From contig CP075497.1 in assembly GCA_021613535.1 (NCBI GenBank), positions 7,068,001-7,132,000 on the forward strand: DNA of 64,000 bases, read 5' to 3'. Source of the stretch: Adineta vaga (Eukaryota; Animalia; Rotifera). Positions 55,133 to 64,000 of this stretch are shown here, piece after piece. The notes beneath the pieces were generated by a model. It was given only the letters and a program-made list of their open reading frames with translations, searched no databases and had not been told where the DNA came from. A program made the translations under genes and the position numbers. How positions within the stretch are numbered: position 1 is the stretch's first letter; each line of letters opens with the position of its first letter.

Positions 55133-56352
55133 TGACATTTGCAAAAAAAACTTCATATGAGTTAATTGAATCAAATTTTTGTAGATTTTATGAATTATGT
55201 AATAAATGAATTTGTTAAATTTCGTTGACTTAATTTTAGGATGTTGTCAAACGACATTTTTGCAATTCCAGACCCGTAGGCCCCAAGACCACTTTCTAAT
55301 CCGTTGTTTATCTTTTCTCTTAATTTATTAATCAAGCATGATATTCAGCGGAAAAGGTTAATTAAACGAATGATTCATTCTGCAAACGTACTTTTTTACT
55401 GTCTGCTTCCTTGTTAACATTCTGTTTGGTAAGTATGAATATTCTGTGTGACTGAAAGATTCGATTGATCATCAAATATAGCACTGATAAACGCACGCTT
55501 CTTTCATTTTCGATGAAACTGATATCATTGTCAACATCATGTCTGATCGTTAGTATGACTGTGTCTGATTGCCTGTCAACGTTTGTCATAAGGTATATGA
55601 TGTGTTAAATTATAATTACATTGCATCTGTTACTGATGAAACATATTGTTGTGAAAGTTTTCGTATTCATATAATGTATCGTTTTTAATAGAATTCACAA
55701 TGAAGTATGTCAATATTTTGAAAAAGATATGCAATCTCTATTATACATTACGAGGAAAATAGACATCAAACGATTGAAAGAAACAAAATATTGATTTTAT
55801 CAATATATACTTCATTCATGTCAGACTAAACTCTGATAGAAATCGTCCTTCAGATTCAACGCTTTTGAATCGCCTAAAGTATGAATTATGATGAACAAAT
55901 ACAGTCGTATAAAAACAGTATAGATGAAGAATTTGATTTACTATGAATAAACTACGAACATTACTATCGATGTAGAAAGAAAGATTAAATTCATATAATT
56001 AAAAGAGAAGAACATTATTCAAATTTTCCTTTATTTATATAATACGATAAGACAATTGTTTCAATAGATGTCTCTAATCACCATTGTTGTTTCAGTATCT
56101 TTTTTCCGATTAGTCTGCAAAACAACTGACCAAAATTGAAACTAGAAAAATATTAATTGGATCGATTTTTTCGTCATCATGACTAATATTGTCTCATGCA
56201 TTCAAATGGATTTTTCTTTTACCAGCGATAAATTTCGACATGTTCACGATAAACAATTTGATGCAATAACTTGCAATACCTTTGACTCATAAATCTTCGT
56301 TTGCAGCATTTCTTCATTTAGATATCAAAGTTTTAAAAAAGAGAAAAAAAAC

Positions 56353-59300
56353 ATGGCAAAACGTGGTACTCAACGAACTCGTGGAAATCTAAAAGTAGAT
56401 TTTGCTTTTGTGAAATTTCATCTATATTTATTTTCTATTCTCTAGCCAGCAAGCAGTACGAAAGCTTCTGCAACTCTATTAACACATGGCATAACTGCAG
56501 TTACTCTATTTTCTGGTAGAACATTTTATGTTTCCAAAGAAAAAAAATTTCGTTTTTCCAAAACAGGCGAATTGCAATTATCCAATGGAATTGATGAGTA
56601 TGGAATTGATAATGATATAGATTCAGAGTTACGTGTCATCTTACGTAAACTAACAAAGAAAGATTCGACAACAAAAATTCGAGTAAAAACTAAACTTCAA
56701 AAGTTTTACTCGAAATGTAAATTTTACTTTTCCAAGGCGTTCAATGAATTACGTGATTATTGTGAAGCAAATGAATCCGACGAAAAAATTCGAGTTATTC
56801 TACCATTTTTTGTTTCACATTATCGAAAATGGTCAACAGTAAGATTACTTTTTCTTTCTTCGAACTATTTTTGTTTTCATATTTATTATCATAGGATCCT
56901 GATCAACGTGTTCGTGATGAATGTCAATCAACATTTCATACAATTGGTATGCGTATGAAAAAGAATCTTTTACCACATTTGAAAACAATCTTACCGATTT
57001 GGTTAATGGCTCAATGTGATTCTTATGCACCTGCTGCTTCGAAAGCAAAATTTCTCTATGAAAAACTATTCAGTGGTGAAACGAAACAAGCTGAAGTTGT
57101 TTTTTTTGCACGAAATGAAATTATGACAACATTAACCGAAGAAATCAATCAATGTTCAGATGTACTCAAAGACAAGTAAGAAATGAAAACTTTTTAATGA
57201 ATAGAAACAATAAATAATTAATTGATTTTTTAAGAAAAGAAAATGAAATGGAAACTGATGATGCACATGAAAGACGTTTAGCACAAGTTCTTCTAGCACT
57301 TGCATTATTTCTTAATTATTGTGAAGAATCAAAACGAATAGAACTAACCGATTATTTTAAAACCATATTTGATTCTGGAAAATTTTGGAAATTAGATAAA
57401 ATCAAATCCATTCAAGTAATTTTCAAAATTTTCATTTCTAACAAAAAGCTCAAGGCTTTTTTTCTTTTCAATAGATTCAAAGTTCATTTTATCGTTGTCT
57501 TGAAGAATTGATCAATCTTATACCTGATGTTATGCGTGAATATAAAGCAAAAATAATTCCACTTGTTTTCTATTCAATCAATGAAACAGAACCGAAATTA
57601 TGTCCATTTATTTGGGATTGTCTAATACTTTGTTTAGATACATTTGATGATTGTTGGTCATTAGTGAATTATCAAAAAGCTTTTCTACCAAAATTATATG
57701 CTTTTCTAAGACAAGCTTGTCATGGAAATGTTTTCGGTGTAAAAGATTGTTTCGTACGATTGTTACAAAAGATTCCGGAAGATATAATTAAAGATAAAAC
57801 AAATTATCGATTGGTCGAGAATTTTTTTCAAGCTATGGAAGATGGAATTCTTTCAATTAAAGGACGACAACAAATGAATAATGTTAATTCATTATTAAAT
57901 GCTTATATGCATTGTTTAATTTATATATTAGAACATCATTCAACTGATCAACTTGCTTTTCTCAATGAAAGATTAATACCAATGATACGTTTATCATTAA
58001 TTGATAAAGATTGTTCAATTCGAAATGTTTTTGCTCGACAATATATTCATATTTTAAATTCAATTAAATCCTTTCGACTTTACAGTGATCATTTAAATAG
58101 CGTTCTATTATTATTTCATGATTTAATAAATCAATCATCGGCATCTGGTGAATCGAATGATTTGAAATATATATTTGATCAATCTGCTATTCTTTTTGAT
58201 ACAATCTTATCTCCACCTAAGTTAAAAAATTTACGTTTTGCTGTTACAACAATCAAAACATCATCATCAACTGATCTTTCATCAATTGATTCAGCAACAT
58301 TCCAAACTGAAGATACAGATGATCTGGAAAATAATAACCAAAAAGATAAATATCTTATACAATTTGCAACGAAATTATGTCAATATTGTTTTCAATTTTG
58401 TATCGCTCATCCAACACATCCTGCATTCGAGCATAGTTTAGATCTTTTTACACGATTATTAAATGCTTCAACATCAAATAGTACAGAAATTATTACCAAA
58501 CTCACTGAAAAACCTGATTCAACAAATACAATTCCAGAACTATTCTATTTAAATTATGCTCGACCATTAATTTCCATTTCTATTGAACAACATTGTTCAT
58601 TAGATCTTATTGTTGAATTAACAATTCAAATTTTAAATACATTCGATTCATCTGAAACAATCGTCGAACGTGTTCTTGCGGATCTAATCAAAGTACGACA
58701 GCTATATCTTATATATATATATGGTATTCTATAATATTTCTTTAGCTTGAATCATCTCGTCGATTCTATTTCCTATTAGCTTCAATCGTTTGCCGTTATG
58801 AATCTTCACCATCATTTCATACCTGGTAAATATTTTTTTGCTTTTGAAATATTTCCTTTTCTATTCATTAATTCTTCTCAGGCTTCAAACTCATGGCGTT
58901 CTCGAACAGTTATTAAACATGACAGCAAGTGTAACAAAATCTAGTGAAAATAATGATTTAAATTTTCCAGTTTCAACTGAAGAATTTCAATTACTTTCCT
59001 CATTACTTTGCTCATCAAAACCAACTCAATTTCTAACATCTGTTCAACAAGAACAAATTGTTTATCTTGCTTGTCGTTTACTTGAACAACAAACGCCTTC
59101 AGTCAATGATTCTGAATCACATCATGATTTAATCCAAAGTATTGATCATGTTGCGAAACATCTATTTCAAAATATTGATAAAACCTATGTCAATCAATCA
59201 ACAAAAAATCTCTTTCAACTTTATGTTCATAATGATATTAATAATTTAATTCGAAAAAATTCCGATTTAAGTCTTCATCAACGTTCAATTTGGTTAACAG

Positions 59301-62215
59301 CAATAAAACAATCAAAGAAAACTTCCAAAGATATTTCTCAACAATTCATTGAATCACTTCTATCCTATATTCCAACACAATCTGATAATGATCTATTTAT
59401 TGATATGATCATTTCAATTTGTCAAGATGATACAAATTTAGCTGAACATATCTATGCGAAATTATATGAACGTATTAATTTATCGAATGATTTAATCTAT
59501 GAATCATGGGTCTATGGACTTCTTCATGGATGGTTATTACCTGATCAAACAATTGATATTAAATTTTCAAATAAAAAATTTCCCGAATATGAACGTTTTC
59601 TTGATGTTCAATTTCTTTGTTTATTAGTTATTCGTCAATATGAATTGAATTCTTATCTTTGGTCAAATGATGAATTGATAAAAACATTAGTTTTAAATTA
59701 TTATCTATTTCAATATCGTTGTATGGATGTTAAAATTTTATATATTCTATTCGAACGTTTATTTCATCTGTCAACATTTCGTATTGATTTGAATTTAATC
59801 GAAAAATCGTTTCTTTCAAATGAATTCTATTCTGAATTGATTTATTATCATTTCTATTGTCAAATTAAAGATAAATATTTAACAACTAATCAACGCGATG
59901 AAGTTATTCATTATACATTTGTATTAGATAATAATGATGAATTCAATTGTCATTTAATTCTTGCATCATACTTTCGTGAATCTCAATTGAAAATCTTGAT
60001 TCCTTATTTAATTGAACAATGTCAAGATGAACGACGATCAGAATTAACATTAGCTGCATTAAATCAATCATTAATTCGAATGAATAAATTAGGAATTATA
60101 TTTGATGAAATATATCTCAATCAAATTTTAGATATTCTCATGAAATTAAGTATATCATCGAAAGAACTTCTTCAATTGATACAATTATGGAATACAATAA
60201 TTAATCATGGAACATTTGTTTATCAGTTTAAACAAATACATTGGGATAATGTTTTATGTTTATTAAGTAATTTATTTCAAGATTTAACAAATATTCAAGA
60301 ACAAATTCAACATGAATTTACATTAAGAACTGAATTTTTATTTATTCATGCAGCAAATTTATTAACATCAGTTGGAAATATTTTGTCAAATTCAAATAAA
60401 CAAGAAGACAATGAATTATTACCTAAACAATTATTAGATGAATGGTTATTACTCTATAGTAAAGATATTTATCATGGTCTATTACCACTTTACATTGCTC
60501 TACCTAGTAAGTTGAATCAGTTCATATTTCTAAACATCTTTGATGAATTTTTCTAGGTGCTTTACAAGAATTTTCTGCGTTTCATGTCACAAATGAAATG
60601 GTCAAAGCAATCTGTTGTGCTATTTGTACTATTCCAACTGATTATCTTCTTTCCAATGGTTTAAAACCACTTTTTCATTCTATGGATAATCAATCGACCT
60701 TATCAGAATCTATTCAAACAGTAGTTAATCATCTCTATCGTTTACTTTGTTCAACACCAAATCGTTCATTACAATATTCAGCATATCATCTTTTAAATAA
60801 ACTTCTTCCACATATTGCACCAACCCTTATTCGAATGACAAATGATGAAAATATTGCTGAAGATAATCAAACATGTCAATTACTTGGTTCAATTATTGAA
60901 GCATTAGAACGAACAGAAAATACAATTGGACAATTATTAAATGAAAATGATATTGTCGAAGAACATCTTCTCGATGATAATGGACATGAAATTATTTCTC
61001 AAGCGTCTCCAACAACAGTCAAAACTGATAAAGAACATATTATTATTGGTGAATTATTGAATTATAAATTATTATTAAATTTAATCAGTTGTTATTCATC
61101 AGCGGAACAACGTTATACATATACGTTAATGTTACAAGATAAAAAATTAGTTGATCGTTTTCTGGCAATTGTATTGGGATTAATTCCAGCAAATCCAGTT
61201 TATAACGATCCATTATCCATGCAAGTATCATCAATTACGAAGAAATTATCACATTCAAAATCAATGTTTGAACATGATATTCAATTGAGTCCATCTGGTA
61301 AGTCTTACAATGTTTCTAATCTATAAAAGCATCTCAGGAATGTTATAATGACGATAGTATCAATTAAAATACATATACACATTTTTTTTTGATGATGCGA
61401 AAATGTCGGAGAGCATCATTCTTGATATTATATTCTAGGTGATTTGAATTCACAATATACAATTCCACATTTGGCTTGTTCCGTTTATTTTCAATGTTTA
61501 AGTTTCATTCCTGCTCTTGTTCGCGAATGGTATTCTAATCAAGCAAAACGTATTCGAGATGCAGTGGAACGTGTAACACAAAAATATGCTAGTCCTATAC
61601 TTATTCAACAACAACTTGATTTAGCATCATCTTTAAAAGAAGTAAATGTTGGTGAAACAGGTTTATTTGCTGTAAAAAAACATTCAAATACTCGTGAAAT
61701 AACTTCGGTTTATAATATTGAAACATCACGTGTTGAGATTTGTGTACGTCTACCAGCAAATTATCCATTGAGTATTGCAAGTATTGAATGTACACATCAT
61801 ATTGGATTTACAAAAGATCAATGGAATAAATGGATGTTACAATTAAAAACAAATCTAACACAAAATGTAAATAAAACTAAAAGATATCGAATTAACACAA
61901 AGAAATATCATTTTGAATATTTTAGAATGGTGCTATTGCTGATGGTTTATTACATTGGAAACAAAATATCGATAAAATGATGCAAGGAATTGAAGAATGT
62001 TCAATTTGTTATTGTATTCTACATACAAACAATGAATTGCCTAAAAGAACTTGTCGTACATGTAAAAAGAAATTTCATGATGCTTGTTTAGTATGTTTCT
62101 TTTTAATGAAAACAATAAGTGAATTTTTAAAATATATTTTCTTCTCGTATTTTAGTTTCGCTGGTTTCGATCATCAAATAAATCGACATGTCCTCATTGC
62201 CGTGCGAACTTTTAA
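56353..62215 (+). CDS. LTN1: E3 ubiquitin ligase listerin
   Basis: QRTRGNLKPASS, LRKLTKKDSTTKIRA, HEAT-like body, PALVREWY, RWD (LPANYPL), RING [45 protein letters not shown]. Confidence 0.95.
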
Positions 62216-62354
62216 TCTATTGAGTTTTTCGTTGTATTTGATTGCTTTTAGCTTCTATCACTTGTTTTTTTATATAAATGTGTTATACGGAATTTGCTCT
62301 CACAGAAAGAAGAAAGACATACAAAAGAAAGTATTCTTTAGTTATAGATAATCA

Positions 62355-63660
62355 ATGCCGGTCGATAAAGCAAAAGAATCAGCAGCTCTTGCTGCAGTTA
62401 ATGAACAAATTAATAATGTAGGTAGAGAAAAGAAAGACGAATGTTTTTTTTTGTCAAAATAAGAATTTGATTTTTCAGAATGTGCATATCATTGGTATTG
62501 GATCAGGTTCAACAATTGTTCCAGCAGTACAAAGAATTGGTACGAAGTTAGAATTGTTTGATTTGAAATTTATTTGAAATTTATAGCGGAATTGGTCAAG
62601 AAAGACAATCTTGATTTGATTTGTGTTCCGACTTCATTACAAGTGTGTATAGAAATAATTCACCTACACCCACCCTCATCATGAATGATTATCTTCTGAC
62701 AGACAGAAGAATACTTAGTGACTATGGTTTAGATATGATTCCTCTAGTTGTCATGTTTTTGCATGTTGTCTGCTGCTATTTCTAGGCAATGCTTAACACA
62801 CTCTTCGTATATTGATATAAGAAATGACATGATTATTTGCTTTTCGGAAATTTATAGATTGTTCTTATAATCAGAATGTTTTTTTTTCGTTCTAGGCTCG
62901 TGATCTGATACTTTCGCATGGTTTAAAACTAGGTAGTCTTGTTGAATATCAAGAAGTAAGTATTCTACTTTCAATCCTCTTCTTTTGATTTGTACTCTTT
63001 TCTTTAGCTTGATCTTGCTATTGATGGTGCAGATGAAGTTGATGAACAATTCAACTGTATAAAAGGAGGTGGTGGATGTCAAACACAAGAAAAACTTGTT
63101 GCTATTTGTGCAAAGAAATTTATCGTTGTTGCTGATGAAAAGTAAACGAAATCAATAAATATCCATTGTTCTTTGAAACAAAATACTTTTCACTATCAAT
63201 TAGAAAATGGTCAACAAATCTTGGTGATAAATGGAAAAAAGGTATACCACTTGAAGTTCTTCCAATAGCTTATAAAATTACAAAAAAAGAAATTGAAAAA
63301 CAACTTGGTGGTGAAGTTGTTGTTCGTGAAGGAACTGAAAAAATAGTAAGATTGATATGATTTACATTTAATTTACAAGAAAAACTAATTTATTAGGGTC
63401 CAGTATTAACAGATCAAGGCAATTTTATTCTTGATTGGAAATTTGATTCTTCAAAAGTTTCAAATTGGTCGGATATAAATCAAAAGTTAAAATTAATTCC
63501 TGGTAACCTATTTCATTCTATTTATTTATCCACTGTATCTATCTTCTTTTCAGGTGTCGTCGAAACTGGTTTATTTATCAATATGATTTCAAAAGCATAT
63601 TTTGGTAACAGTGAAGGCAATGTTCAAGTCAAAACAAATTCAGCAATAGTTTCTGCATAA
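62355..63660 (+). CDS. RPIA: Ribose-5-phosphate isomerase A
   Basis: [61 protein letters not shown]. Confidence 0.95.
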
Positions 63661-63743
63661 TTTTGTTTTCATATTTTTCTTGTGTTCGGTGAAAATGATC
63701 TTGTAGTGTTTAGATTTCTTTTTCAGATAAGATTCTATTCGAA

Positions 63744-64000
63744 ATGTCAGAACATCCCTTATTAAATCCACCAACTGATGGAATTACAGCGGTGCATTTC
63801 TCACCGAATAATCAAAGCCAATTTTTACTCGCTTCATCCTGGGATGCTTCAGTTCGGTAAGTTTCTCTTCCTATTGTTTAAATGATGCAAGTATTTCTGT
63901 TCTGTAGTTTATATGATGTTAATCAACATACATTTCGTCAAATGTATAAACATGCAGCTCCAGTATTAGATTGTTGCTTTATAGTAGGTTTTGTTTTTTT
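63744..64000 (+). CDS. BUB3: Mitotic checkpoint WD40 protein BUB3 (5' part, runs off window)
   Basis: LNPPTDGITAVHFSP..SQFLLASSWDASVRLYDV..YKHAAPVLDCCF. Confidence 0.88.

Noticed and set aside
62643-62895. Unusually long RPIA intron with a small hairpin, possible intronic snoRNA
   Set aside because: No convincing C/D or H/ACA box arrangement by eye; would need an Infernal or snoReport search.

Overview
AT-rich, gene-dense animal genomic DNA with many 50-65 nt GT-AG introns. The intron style plus an intron-containing foreign glycosidase suggest a bdelloid rotifer (inference). Genes, reconstructed by hand across introns, in order: Id/Emc-like HLH, DOMON/DBH-like monooxygenase, UBA-PTH2, RUSC-type RUN protein, DENND1, FoxB, TAF6, then a tandem duplication (~24.2-26.7 kb and ~30.2-34.6 kb), then MCM9, RRP9, an EF-hand protein, HGD, a C10orf53-like gene, a MITE, TEX2, two paralogous orphan membrane proteins, LTN1, RPIA and the 5' end of BUB3. 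Each duplicate unit carries a tiny five-exon His-rich gene that the ORF track misses and a horizontally acquired GH78 alpha-L-rhamnosidase (one intact, one pseudogenised by microhomology-flanked deletions). A decayed DNA transposon lies between the units. Best candidates for new biology: (1) the duplicated, fast-evolving His-rich micro-exon peptide gene with metal-response-element-like motifs; (2) operon-like clusters (LTN1-RPIA-BUB3, MCM9-RRP9) with 83-139 bp gaps and unpaired splice acceptors; (3) the orphan membrane-protein pair. No database searches were run; family calls come from recognising motifs.
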